The notes beneath the pieces were generated by a model, which saw nothing but the letters and a program-made list of their open reading frames with translations, did not search any database and had not been told where the DNA came from. Made by a program: the position numbers and the translations under genes. Below are positions 55,588 through 64,000 of a DNA stretch of 64,000 nt, in pieces. Source of the stretch: Elusimicrobiota bacterium (GTDB lineage Bacteria > Elusimicrobiota > UBA8919); contig JACRDL010000065.1 of the NCBI GenBank assembly GCA_016218625.1, positions 1,521-65,520 of the forward strand, given 5' to 3'. Every line of letters starts with the position of its first letter. Position 1 is the first letter of the stretch.

Positions 55588-55760
55588 CAGAGCGAAGCAA
55601 GAAATTTGTAAGGAACCTTGAGGAGCGACTTCGCTTTCAAGAGCGACGAACAGAGCGACCGAAGGAAGTCCCTTTAGGGACGAAATCCGACAGGGCGGTC
55701 GGTGAGCGACCGAAGGAAGTCCCTTTAGGGGCGTTTCCGACAAATTTGCTTGCGAGCGAC
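55588..55760. repeat. Repeat family C copy with an internal 27-bp direct duplication (gagcgaccgaaggaagtccctttaggg x2)
   Basis: Shares termini with the other C copies. Lies immediately 3' of the DPD-like gene stop. Confidence 0.8.
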
Positions 55761-55762
55761 TT

Positions 55763-58297
55763 TTAATCCTCTTTCAATGCGGATTTTTCTGCGGCGGTTC
55801 TGTCACGCATTGACAAAGCGCCCGAGAAACATTTCTGCACGCAGATGCTGCAGCCTATACATTTCTCCGCATCCGTCACGGGATGTTTGTCTTTATCAAG
55901 CGAGATTGCCTGATACGGACATCTGGAACAGTTGCCGCAGATAAGGCATATATCCGTATCGCAGGATGAGATTTTTTTAACCGGCGTCAATTCCATAAAA
56001 CCGGTAATCGGTTTAGGAAGCGCAATACCAATCAATTCCTTTATAGATTTTATTCCCAGCTCTTTCATCAGATAACTGGTTCCGTTGACAAGTTCATCAA
56101 AAATTTTGTAGCCGTGCTTGGTCGCAATGGTGCAAAACTGGACCGTTTTTACTCCAAGCGCAAGAAAATTCATCGCCGCTTTGTAATTCATAGGACCGCC
56201 GTTTCCGGAAACTGCAATACCCAAAGAAGACACGCTCGCAAGAGTTAAATAACTTATCGGAGTTACTCCGTCGCCGCTCATCCCGACGACAATGCCTTCT
56301 TCCCATCTACTCGCTTCGCTCACCCCCGAATGAATTCGGGGGCTACTTTTAGGTCTGAAACACATCGTCGGAAAAGTATTCGCCAGAGTTATTCCGGCTT
56401 TTTTGTTCGGATACTTCGCAAAAACTTTTTTGATAGCATTTACGATTGGGACTATTGATGTCACCGCCGCCGTAAGTTTGAAAAGTTTCGGAATTTCCGG
56501 ATTACTTACCTCCATTATCCAGTCAATTATTTTTGCGGTCAAGGCGGCATTCTGCGAAACAATGTCGCCCTCGGTTCCGTCGCCGCCCTGCGGACAGGAA
56601 AGCGAGTACTCTATTCCCATTACACCGGACGCCTCAAGTTTTTTTGTGTTTGACTGCCAGCCCTTTTTATCATTTTCATCGTTGCCGGTAACCGGTCCGC
56701 CGGTGGACGCCATTGTGAGACGGTCGGGATATTCTCTAACTAATTTTTGAACTTCCCTGCATACCCTGTCAAGATGATGACCCGAAACATTGTCGCAGTT
56801 CCCGTAAGTCAAATTATTGAAAACATGCATATATTCTCCTGGAATATGAATCGGCACGTTGTCAAACGATGTCTTCATCACGCCGCCCGACCAACCCGAT
56901 TCGTACGCTTTTTTCATCTGGTCGTAACCGTCGGAAGGAGGCGCTGCGGAAAGCAAAAACGGAGTTGAGATTTTTCTGCCGAAAAAGTCGGTTTCAATTG
57001 ATACAGGAATATGAATGTATCCTTTGAGCACGACATCGCTTTTCACTTTTTTATCAAAAACGGGTTTCTTTTTATTATTTATAAACGCATCTATTTCCAA
57101 TGCGGCATTTTTTCCCGCAGCAGTTGCTTCAACAACCGTCGTTGGTCCCTGAATACAATCACCCGAATAAAAAACGGCAGGATTATTTACTTTTTTAATT
57201 CCTGAACGCGCACCGATGGCAATTATTACCGCTGACAAATCCTTTCTAACTTGATTTGTGCCCGGAATTTCTTTTATATCTTTGAGATTAAATTTTACGC
57301 CTTTGGGAAGTGAAACTTTTACCGTCTCAAGACCTGAAATGAGTTTGCCTTTTTTAAGAATTGCCGTAACCCGCGTCCTTCCTGTTATTTCAATATTATT
57401 TTCCAGAAGTTCATTCATCTCTCTCGGTGTCAGCGGCATTTCTCCGACGGTTTCCAGAGCGAGCATTTCAACATTTGATGCGCCGCCTGCGGACTTCGCT
57501 GTCATCGCAGCGTCTGCGGCAGTCGCACCGCCGCCGATAACCGCAACCTTACCTTTTAGTTTGTATTTTTTCGGGTTTTTCAGATAATCCAATCCGACAA
57601 TTGCAAAATCCTCATTTTTAATACCCGCTTTTATCGGCTCAGTAAGACCTGTTGCCGAAAGAACTGCGTCATAATTTTTTTTCAGCAGAATTTCCGGATT
57701 TCCTATCTCCGAATTTAATTTTATGTTTATATCGCCGAGTGATGTCAGGAATTTTAAATCCTCTTTAAGCATCTTTTTTTCAAGCCGATAATCGGGTATG
57801 ATATTGCACATTCCGCCCGCAAAATTTTCTTTCTCATAAATGTCAACCTTATAGCCGATAGCACCGAGGACAGCCGCAGCGCCCAAACCGGCAGGTCCCG
57901 AGCCAACTATCGCAACTTTTTTCCCGTTTAATTTCGGCTTGGAAAACTCGGCGACACCGCCCATGTCTCTGGCTTTTTTTACAATTGTTGCCTGGACGGC
58001 GGGAATATTCACCGCAGAATCAAATTTTTTGTGAACACAGGCAGCGACGCAAAACCTGTCAGGACAGACCATTCCGCAAACACCTCCCAGCGGATTATTT
58101 TTCATTATTTGAGCGGCGGACCTTTTTATATCCGAATTACCAAAAACCCTGGCAGCCATAATAAAATCAGCCGCGGAACAGTCGCAAGGACACTTCTCCT
58201 TGCAGGGTTTTTCCTCGCAGAACTCGCATTTCGCGAATTCATTTTTCAATTGCGCATCCGTTAAAAAAAGCCCGCTATAAATAGATTTTTCAGCCAT
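55763..58297 (-). CDS. YgfK/dihydropyrimidine-dehydrogenase-like FeS flavoprotein. Comprises a glutamate-synthase-small-subunit-like FAD/NAD module, a DHODH-like TIM barrel and 2x[4Fe-4S].
   Basis: 844 aa. N-terminal FeS Cys motifs, GSGPAGL FAD/NAD motifs, a TIM barrel and C-terminal ferredoxin motifs (CIGCSICVQKC). Carries an in-frame family-F palindrome (SPRIHSGVSEAS). Confidence 0.75.
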   Translation of the reverse strand: MAEKSIYSGLFLTDAQLKNEFAKCEFCEEKPCKEKCPCDCSAADFIMAARVFGNSDIKRSAAQIMKNNPLGGVCGMVCPDRFCVAACVHKKFDSAVNIPAVQATIVKKARDMGGVAEFSKPKLNGKKVAIVGSGPAGLGAAAVLGAIGYKVDIYEKENFAGGMCNIIPDYRLEKKMLKEDLKFLTSLGDINIKLNSEIGNPEILLKKNYDAVLSATGLTEPIKAGIKNEDFAIVGLDYLKNPKKYKLKGKVAVIGGGATAADAAMTAKSAGGASNVEMLALETVGEMPLTPREMNELLENNIEITGRTRVTAILKKGKLISGLETVKVSLPKGVKFNLKDIKEIPGTNQVRKDLSAVIIAIGARSGIKKVNNPAVFYSGDCIQGPTTVVEATAAGKNAALEIDAFINNKKKPVFDKKVKSDVVLKGYIHIPVSIETDFFGRKISTPFLLSAAPPSDGYDQMKKAYESGWSGGVMKTSFDNVPIHIPGEYMHVFNNLTYGNCDNVSGHHLDRVCREVQKLVREYPDRLTMASTGGPVTGNDENDKKGWQSNTKKLEASGVMGIEYSLSCPQGGDGTEGDIVSQNAALTAKIIDWIMEVSNPEIPKLFKLTAAVTSIVPIVNAIKKVFAKYPNKKAGITLANTFPTMCFRPKSSPRIHSGVSEASRWEEGIVVGMSGDGVTPISYLTLASVSSLGIAVSGNGGPMNYKAAMNFLALGVKTVQFCTIATKHGYKIFDELVNGTSYLMKELGIKSIKELIGIALPKPITGFMELTPVKKISSCDTDICLICGNCSRCPYQAISLDKDKHPVTDAEKCIGCSICVQKCFSGALSMRDRTAAEKSALKED
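56314..56350. repeat. Family F hairpin inserted in-frame in the DPD/YgfK-like gene (encodes SSPRIHSGVSEAS)
   Basis: The 33-nt core cgcttcgctcacccccgaatgaattcgggggcta is shared with 37504-37536; the two copies differ only in the few nt after it. Both sit in the same reading frame. Confidence 0.8.
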
Positions 58298-58309
58298 CTT
58301 CTTCTCCTC

Positions 58310-59665
58310 CTATCTTTTTAGAAATTTTCCGTAACCACTATCCGAAGTAAATTTACCATTATCATAAATTATTTTTCCGCGAAGCATCGTCATAACCGTT
58401 TTACCCGTGATTTTCATATTCTGATAAGGACTCCAGCCGCAATTTGTGTTAAGTTTTCTGTAATCAATCCGCCACTTCATCTTAGGGTCAAAAATTGTTA
58501 AATCAGCGTCGCAGCCGATTTTTATGCAGCCTTTTTTAGGATAAAGTCCGAATATTTTTGCAGGATTTTGAGATGTCACCTGTACAAGTTTTTTAAGCGT
58601 TATTCTTTTTTTCACGACGCCTTCCGAAAATAAAATCGGAAATAATGTTTCAACCCCGGGCATACCGAACCTTAAATTCCTGAAATCATTTTTTGCTTTT
58701 TGCTTATCTTTTTTTGAGAATGCGCAGTGGTCGGTTGCAACCGTTTTCACCGTTCCGGTTTTAAGCCCTTCCCATAACGCTTTATTATCCGACGGTAATT
58801 TTAAGGTAGGACAGGTCGCAAAAAGATAACCATCTTTTTTTTCATAAACATTTTTATTCAGGACAAGATACTGCGGACAGGTTTCAATAATAACACTGAC
58901 ACCCCTCTTCTTTGCCTCTGCGGCAATTTTCACTGCGCCTGCCGTAGTCGTATGAACCACATAAAGATTCCCGCCGGATTTTTCAGCAAGAAATACCGCA
59001 CGATTTACCGCTTCTTCTTCCGCAATGTTCGGTCTTGTGTAATAAAAATTTGAAACTGCCGTTTTTTTACGGTCAACAAAACTTTTAACAAATCCGTCTA
59101 TAAGAGGACTGCTTTCGGCATGAACTTCTATGATCGCCGAAAATCTTTTTGACGCTTCCAAAATTTTCAGCAAATCGTAATCGCCGACGCCCCAACCTTC
59201 CGTTTTCGGCATAAAAACCTTAAATGATTTAATGCCGTAACCTGTGGCAAGTTTTTTGAAATCGCTTTGACTCTGATTGTTCCAGTTGATGATTTGCGAA
59301 TGTAAGGAATAATCAATATATGATTTTTCGGCTTTTTTACGGCAACGGATTACCGATTCAAACATCGTCTCATTTTTTTGAGGAATTGCATAATTTATAA
59401 CGGTTGTGACACCGCCGGCAGCAGCAGATTTTGTACCGCTTGAAAAATCATCAGAAGTTCTTGAACCATATGCTTCAAGACCGAAATGGGTATGGGCGTC
59501 TATAACGCCGGGAAAAATATATTTATTTCTTGCATCTATAATTTTACAATTTTTCTGGAATTGGATTTTTCCGATTTTTGAGATTTTTTCGCCGGATATA
59601 AAAATATCCGCATTAAAAATTTTGTCAGCGGTTATAATTGTTCCGTTTTTTATAAGAAGATCCAT
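58310..59665 (-). CDS. Dihydropyrimidinase / D-hydantoinase
   Basis: PGVIDAHTHF metal-binding motif. I place the start at the internal ATG (MDLLIKNGTIIT); the 26-codon N-terminal extension in the ORF track lies within repeat C. Confidence 0.8.
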   Translation of the reverse strand: MDLLIKNGTIITADKIFNADIFISGEKISKIGKIQFQKNCKIIDARNKYIFPGVIDAHTHFGLEAYGSRTSDDFSSGTKSAAAGGVTTVINYAIPQKNETMFESVIRCRKKAEKSYIDYSLHSQIINWNNQSQSDFKKLATGYGIKSFKVFMPKTEGWGVGDYDLLKILEASKRFSAIIEVHAESSPLIDGFVKSFVDRKKTAVSNFYYTRPNIAEEEAVNRAVFLAEKSGGNLYVVHTTTAGAVKIAAEAKKRGVSVIIETCPQYLVLNKNVYEKKDGYLFATCPTLKLPSDNKALWEGLKTGTVKTVATDHCAFSKKDKQKAKNDFRNLRFGMPGVETLFPILFSEGVVKKRITLKKLVQVTSQNPAKIFGLYPKKGCIKIGCDADLTIFDPKMKWRIDYRKLNTNCGWSPYQNMKITGKTVMTMLRGKIIYDNGKFTSDSGYGKFLKR

Positions 59666-59683
59666 TTGTTCAATTCTTTCTCC

Positions 59684-59797
59684 CGGAGCGAGGAAAAAAT
59701 TTCTGAAGAGCCTCAATTTGCGACTTATTCTTTCCAGGAGCAAATTGCAGAGCGAGTGGCAGACGAGCGTCTCAAAGAAATTTGTTTCCGAGCGACT
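59684..59797. repeat. Repeat family C copy
   Basis: Lies immediately 3' of the panD stop and overlaps the N-terminal extension of the hydantoinase ORF as given in the ORF track. Confidence 0.8.
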
Positions 59798-59798
59798 T

Positions 59799-60152
59799 TT
59801 ATTTTTTTAGGGGTCTGTTTTTTTTGTCAAGAAAAACAATTTTCGGTTTGTATTTTTTTGCTTTTTCTTCTTCAACAAACTCATTTGAAATAATTATAAG
59901 CTCGTCGCCGACTTCACCGAGACGGGCTGCGCCACCGTTTAACTCAACACATCCCGAGTTTTTTCCACCGACAAGCACATATGTCTCAAATCTGGCGCCG
60001 GTGGTTTTGTTAACGACCATCACGATTTCATAAGGATATATATCGGCAAGGTCCATAAGTTTTCTGTCAATTTTTATGGAACCGAGATAATTCAGATTTT
60101 TGCCCGTAACTTTTGCCAACTGTATTTTTGACTTTGCCATCATTCTAAACAT
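59799..60152 (-). CDS. panD: Aspartate 1-decarboxylase (pyruvoyl-dependent)
   Basis: 117 aa. Gly-Ser self-cleavage site (NYLGS) and a conserved PanD core (…ETYVLVGG…GAARLGEVGDELIII). Confidence 0.85.
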   Translation of the reverse strand: MFRMMAKSKIQLAKVTGKNLNYLGSIKIDRKLMDLADIYPYEIVMVVNKTTGARFETYVLVGGKNSGCVELNGGAARLGEVGDELIIISNEFVEEEKAKKYKPKIVFLDKKNRPLKK

Positions 60153-60202
60153 TTTTTTACCCCTTTAATGATAAGCGAGGGTGTTGTTGAGCAGAACCTC
60201 AC

Positions 60203-60284
60203 GGAATTCTGCATTCGCATTCAGCGGAGCGAGTGAGAGCCCGCCTGCAGAGGCAAGGCGTTTCTGCGAGACAATTCCCGAGCG
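60203..60284. repeat. Repeat family C copy (shorter)
   Basis: Ends …cccgagcgacta immediately 3' of the stop of the 60286..60594 gene. Confidence 0.65.
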
Positions 60285-60285
60285 A

Positions 60286-60594
60286 CTATTCCAGCATATA
60301 ATCCTCAAACGGAATTTTTTTCTTTCTCAAATCCTCTTTCCATTTTTCAAGCGCAATAGGCATTTGTTCTTTGGACATTTTTACCCATTTTGAATTAGGC
60401 GGAGAAAATTGCTCAATTGCCGTCTGATACCACACATATGCCATTTTCCAGTCATTAATCTTTGCCGCTTTTTCCGCTTCCATATACGAGTGTTTTGCAC
60501 GAAACCATACATCAAGATAAATCATAATGTATATCGCTATAACGGTTAAAATTACGGCAATGGCAGAGCGTACCCATTTTTTATTAAACATCAT
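60286..60594 (-). CDS. Small membrane-anchored hypothetical protein
   Basis: 102 aa with one N-terminal TM helix. Confidence 0.35.
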   Translation of the reverse strand: MMFNKKWVRSAIAVILTVIAIYIMIYLDVWFRAKHSYMEAEKAAKINDWKMAYVWYQTAIEQFSPPNSKWVKMSKEQMPIALEKWKEDLRKKKIPFEDYMLE

Positions 60595-60985
60595 ATCCCC
60601 CTAAAATTTTTTTTACATCTACCGCAAAAATAGCAGGGTCTATCGGCTTGGAATAAAAACCGCGGACACTCGGTTGTGACTTTACAAAATCATATGTCGT
60701 TCCGTCGGCAAATTTACCGGTGATAATCAATACGGGAATATTTTTTGTGTTTTCATTTTGCTGAAGCGATTTTAACACCTGAAACCCGCCCTGTTTGGGA
60801 AGCATCAAATCAAGAATAATTATATCCGGCCCGGCAACGGGGATTTTTTCCAGCGCTTCATCCCCGTCCAATGCGGTAAAAACCTCAAGATTTTCTTTTT
60901 CAAGAATATGTCTAAAAAGTTCAACTATATTGGGGTCATCGTCAACAATAAATGCTTTTTTGTTCATAATTTGTAATTTTATCAC
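60584..60985 (-). CDS. Single-domain response regulator (receiver)
   Basis: DD…IIILDLMLPKQGGF…K receiver signature. 133 aa. Confidence 0.75.
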   Translation of the reverse strand: MIKLQIMNKKAFIVDDDPNIVELFRHILEKENLEVFTALDGDEALEKIPVAGPDIIILDLMLPKQGGFQVLKSLQQNENTKNIPVLIITGKFADGTTYDFVKSQPSVRGFYSKPIDPAIFAVDVKKILGGYDV

Positions 60986-62076
60986 TTTTTTTCCTGTTTG
61001 TCAACTATAAAAATTTTAACGGACGGACTGCGCCCCGTATTTTCCCAGATGTCTATTGCACAAACCCGAACAAAAAGTGCGGATGCGTCTCGCTTTTTAT
61101 TTTCATATCTAATATCTGCCGATAATTTTTTAGAATTTATAGAAAACATATACGGCGAAGTGTAAGAAATTAAGCCATGTCTTTTCCAAATTTTATTGTC
61201 TTTTGATATTTCAAGCCAGACCTTTTGGATTTCGCAGGCTCGCACGGAAGCATAAATTACTTTTTTTTCGGTGAGTTTTTCGCCCTCTGTTATGCCCATT
61301 AAACCGACCGTTATATTTTGGGATAATTCCGGAACAAATTTTATTGCGATAGCCGGTTCAAAAACGGTTATCGGCGATTTAAGTGTTGTCGTGCTGTAAT
61401 GCTGCGGCGGGTTGCCTTTTATTTCGTCATTGATAAAACTGTTAGCATCCTTATCGCCCCATGCTGCGGCGATTATCGGACTATTTGAAGAATTGGTTAA
61501 ATATGCGGATGTTGACCAAAGAGCAATATAATTTTCACCGCCGAAATTTATTTCTTCTGACCGGACTTCAGTCCAAAACCATCGGGATTCGCCTACCTGC
61601 TCGACAGCGAGTTCATTATCGCCTTCAAAGGGAATATCATCGGTAGTTATTAAAAATTTCCAGTTTGATTTTTTCCACGACGGTGTTGATGACACCGCCA
61701 TAAAAATATCGCCCGGGATTGCCTCTTTGTCAAGTGCGACTTTTCCGTTATTATAAACTTGCTTTGATTTCATCCGCCCGAGTTTGGCTCCGATAAAAAT
61801 TTTTTTATAATCCGACACGTTTTTCGGAACAAAAATTTTTTCTATCCAGACCCTGTTATAGCCGACATACCAGAAACCGTCCCAACCGCCGCCGTTTGCA
61901 AAAAGCCGGTAGTCATTAGGATTGCCGGCTTCGCATAAATATACCGGATAAGAGATGGTTGTCTGGGCATAAGTATAAGTTAAAAGTAAAAAAAGCAAGA
62001 TTGTAATCCACTTCCGTCTTCCGTCTTTCATCTTCCGGCTAATTACTCGCAAGCCATTTTTTAATTGTTTCTGCAT
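60982..62076 (-). CDS. Secreted/exported hypothetical protein
   Basis: N-terminal signal/TM (WITILLFLLLTYTYA). 364 aa with no recognisable motif. Confidence 0.4.
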   Translation of the reverse strand: MQKQLKNGLRVISRKMKDGRRKWITILLFLLLTYTYAQTTISYPVYLCEAGNPNDYRLFANGGGWDGFWYVGYNRVWIEKIFVPKNVSDYKKIFIGAKLGRMKSKQVYNNGKVALDKEAIPGDIFMAVSSTPSWKKSNWKFLITTDDIPFEGDNELAVEQVGESRWFWTEVRSEEINFGGENYIALWSTSAYLTNSSNSPIIAAAWGDKDANSFINDEIKGNPPQHYSTTTLKSPITVFEPAIAIKFVPELSQNITVGLMGITEGEKLTEKKVIYASVRACEIQKVWLEISKDNKIWKRHGLISYTSPYMFSINSKKLSADIRYENKKRDASALFVRVCAIDIWENTGRSPSVKIFIVDKQEKK

Positions 62077-64000
62077 TTGGGCCTCCCGGTTTTAATTGAA
62101 TGTATTTTTGAAAATATTCTTTTGCTTCTTTGTTATTTTGCGATTGCGAATAAATCACGCCTACATTGTAATAAATATCGGCGGACGACGGTGTGTACTC
62201 AATCGCCTTTTTATATTCTGTAATTGCATCGTCAATTTTACCGCCAACAAAATTTTCATAACCTTTTCTCTGATAAATTTTTGACAATTGTATTAGTGAA
62301 TCCAAATCCATTTTATCGTACTGATATGCTTTTTTAAAATAGTCAATCGCCTTTTCCGCACCACCCCAATCCTCTTTTGCCAAATACAAAAGCCCCATAT
62401 TATAATATGCCGGCGAGTATGTTGAATCAAGTAAAATCGTGTGAGACAGCGTTCCAAAAGCACCGCTAAAATCCTTTCGCTGCCTTAAAATATCGCCGAC
62501 ATTATTGTGAAGCCAGATAAGTTCGGGACCGACTTTAAGCGATTTTTTTAATGCAAAAATTCCATCTTTTTTATCACCTGAATCAATTAAAAATTTTCCA
62601 TAAAAATACGAATATCGGGCAATAACTTCCTGCTCCCTATATTCGTATTTTTTTAACAAGTCACGCTTTACATAAAAATCCCAAATAAGTTTGTCAGATT
62701 TTTTCCGCTCCGTCCATAACAAACCGTTTAAGTAAACCCCGTTAGAAGTATCGTAGCACGATGTGCCACTTCTAACGGGGTGAAGCGACTTCTTTACTTT
62801 TGCCGTGTTGACAGCAGAATAATATATTTTTGATTTTTCCGGAACATTTTTTGATAAAAATATATTGTTATATGAGTCAATTATTGTAACGTCTTGCCTT
62901 TTATTAACAACGTTTTTCAGATAAGAAAGCGTAAAAATCGTTTCATCCACCTCGTCGTGCAAATACAAAACGCCGTTTCTTGCAACCGTTTTTAACACAT
63001 TAACCGGATAATCGTAGGCAGTGAAATTATATCTGTTATGATTCGTCCTTAACTGTAAGAATAAATGAAAACCTAATACCAAAAAAAACAACGCCAAAAT
63101 ATACTTAAATTTTGCCAACCTGCCGATTTCATAGCCCGTCCAAGTCGCCATCATAATCCATGCGGGAATATAATACGGAGTAAAAGCGTCAATATCCTGC
63201 GGGGTAAATTTGAAATTGAGCAGGATTATAAGTCCAACTGTATTTGCCAAAAAAATGAAAACGGTAAGCAGGGCGAATTTAATATCTTTTTTAATCAAAC
63301 TTACAAGCCCGAATACGGAGAGAACGACAAACAGTCCGAAGTTTTGTACTAACTGACTAAAAAAATTTCTTATAAACAGAAGTTTAGTCGCAAATCCGAC
63401 TTTTGCCGCCAATTCCAGCCCTCTGTATTGAAACCTTCCGATATGGGCAGTAAAATTTTTGAGATTTTCGGGATTGCCCCAGTCAATCGGCGGATTTACC
63501 GACGAGCGAATCGGAAGATAAAGATATAAAAAAAGCCCGGGCAGAAAAAATATAAGTAAGGTTAATATCGTTTTCAAATTAAAAACTTTCGGATTTTTCC
63601 ATATCAAATAAAATGCAAAAATAGGTCCAAAAAGAAACATAATGTAGTGATTGGCAAGTGAAAGCCCGTAGACAAATATAGCGAGTTGTAAGTAGCGAGT
63701 AGTGAGTAGTAAATAAATTATCAAAACGACAAAAAATGCGTTAAGTGTGTAGACCTCGGAAATGATTGACTGCGACCAGAAGGTTTTTGAGAACGCCAGT
63801 GCTAATGCCGAGAGTGAGTAAGTGAGTAAGTGAGTAAGTGAGGGGGGAGTTTGGTTTTCCTTACTAACTGCTAACTGCTTACTGCTAACTATCAAATAAA
63901 GGATGACGCAGGTTAATGCGCCGAAAAACGCACTCATTAAATTAACGCGGTATGCGATGTTTCCGAACGGAATTAGCAGAGTAAAAATTTTGCCGAGAAT
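62039..64000 (-). CDS. Partial CDS that runs off the window's right edge. Polytopic membrane glycosyltransferase-like N-terminus (PMT/DUF2723-like) followed by C-terminal TPR repeats.
   Basis: The ORF continues upstream past 63937 with no stop (hand translation …ILGKIFTLLIPFGNIAYRVNLMSAFFG…). It has more than 10 TM helices followed by TPR-like repeats (…AYQYDKMDLDSLIQLSKIYQRKGYEN…AIEYTPSSADIYYNVGVIYSQSQNNKEAKEYFQKYIQLKP). It contains in-frame family-D palindrome and heptamer-array insertions. Confidence 0.6.
   Translation of the reverse strand: MLGKIFTLLIPFGNIAYRVNLMSAFFGALTCVILYLIVSSKQLAVSKENQTPPSLTHLLTYSLSALALAFSKTFWSQSIISEVYTLNAFFVVLIIYLLLTTRYLQLAIFVYGLSLANHYIMFLFGPIFAFYLIWKNPKVFNLKTILTLLIFFLPGLFLYLYLPIRSSVNPPIDWGNPENLKNFTAHIGRFQYRGLELAAKVGFATKLLFIRNFFSQLVQNFGLFVVLSVFGLVSLIKKDIKFALLTVFIFLANTVGLIILLNFKFTPQDIDAFTPYYIPAWIMMATWTGYEIGRLAKFKYILALFFLVLGFHLFLQLRTNHNRYNFTAYDYPVNVLKTVARNGVLYLHDEVDETIFTLSYLKNVVNKRQDVTIIDSYNNIFLSKNVPEKSKIYYSAVNTAKVKKSLHPVRSGTSCYDTSNGVYLNGLLWTERKKSDKLIWDFYVKRDLLKKYEYREQEVIARYSYFYGKFLIDSGDKKDGIFALKKSLKVGPELIWLHNNVGDILRQRKDFSGAFGTLSHTILLDSTYSPAYYNMGLLYLAKEDWGGAEKAIDYFKKAYQYDKMDLDSLIQLSKIYQRKGYENFVGGKIDDAITEYKKAIEYTPSSADIYYNVGVIYSQSQNNKEAKEYFQKYIQLKPGGPNAETIKKWLASN
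62737..62780. repeat. Family D palindrome inserted in-frame inside the GT/TPR membrane-protein CDS (encodes HPVRSGTSCYDTSNGV)
   Basis: cccgttagaagtatcgtagcacgatgtgccacttctaacgggg differs from the 51557 copy at only two positions. It is translated within ORF 62039..63937. Confidence 0.85.
63811..63892. repeat. Intragenic palindromic heptamer array ([gagtaag]x3 … [ctaactg]x3) in the GT/TPR CDS; a second array lies at 63684-63712
   Basis: Encodes …LAVSKENQTPPSLTHLLTYSLSA…. Confidence 0.7.

Noticed and set aside
59666-59743. 26-codon N-terminal extension of the hydantoinase (MLLERISRKLRLFRNFFLAPGERIEQ)
   Set aside because: It overlaps repeat family C. The conserved hydantoinase N-terminus begins at the internal MDLLIKNGTIIT.

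Overview
By eye the window is AT-rich, and every convincing gene (about 53) lies on the minus strand. All ORFs of 60 aa or more on the plus strand look like shadow ORFs or translations of repeats. The content is an almost complete Wood-Ljungdahl (reductive acetyl-CoA) gene set from an anaerobe. Its methyl branch comprises a Cys-type formate dehydrogenase (fdhA) with NuoE/NuoF-like partners, fhs, fchA, folD and metV-metF; a cytoplasmic [NiFe] hydrogenase is embedded just upstream of metVF. The carbonyl branch comprises cooS/acsA, cooC, cooF, an FAD oxidoreductase, acsB, acsC, acsD, acsE and the corrinoid reactivator RACo. Molybdenum/tungsten cofactor and transport genes (moeA, mobA, tupABC) and ackA are also present. 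Outside this block lie recA, panC, panD and a TreS-Mak fusion. Further genes are mgtE, nupC and a lactate-racemase-like LarA. A pyrimidine/purine reductive catabolism set is made up of a YgfK/DPD-like FeS flavoprotein, a hydantoinase and an SsnA-like amidohydrolase. Several features are unusual. (1) A 1059-aa all-coiled-coil protein with internal duplications sits, together with a single-domain response regulator, inside the acsC-acsD operon. (2) A Type II restriction-modification-like pair (a beta-class DPPY methyltransferase plus a 289-aa partner) is inserted between acsB and acsC. (3) There are at least seven families of palindromic, heptamer-array-flanked intergenic repeats (named A to G here); one of them occurs as three tandem copies after cooC. 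(4) Some of these palindromes and some heptamer microsatellites are inserted in-frame inside conserved enzyme genes (cooC, FAD oxidoreductase, DPD-like, fdhA, nuoF, larA, an amidohydrolase, the hydrogenase protease, and a GT/TPR membrane protein). (5) A small islet holding an ORF6N-domain protein and a GspF/PilC fragment sits inside the catabolic cluster. I found no rRNA, tRNA or CRISPR array. The truncated ORFs at both window edges (left: a RecB-family nuclease with a GAF-like tail; right: a membrane glycosyltransferase with TPRs) are read by hand because the ORF track omits them.
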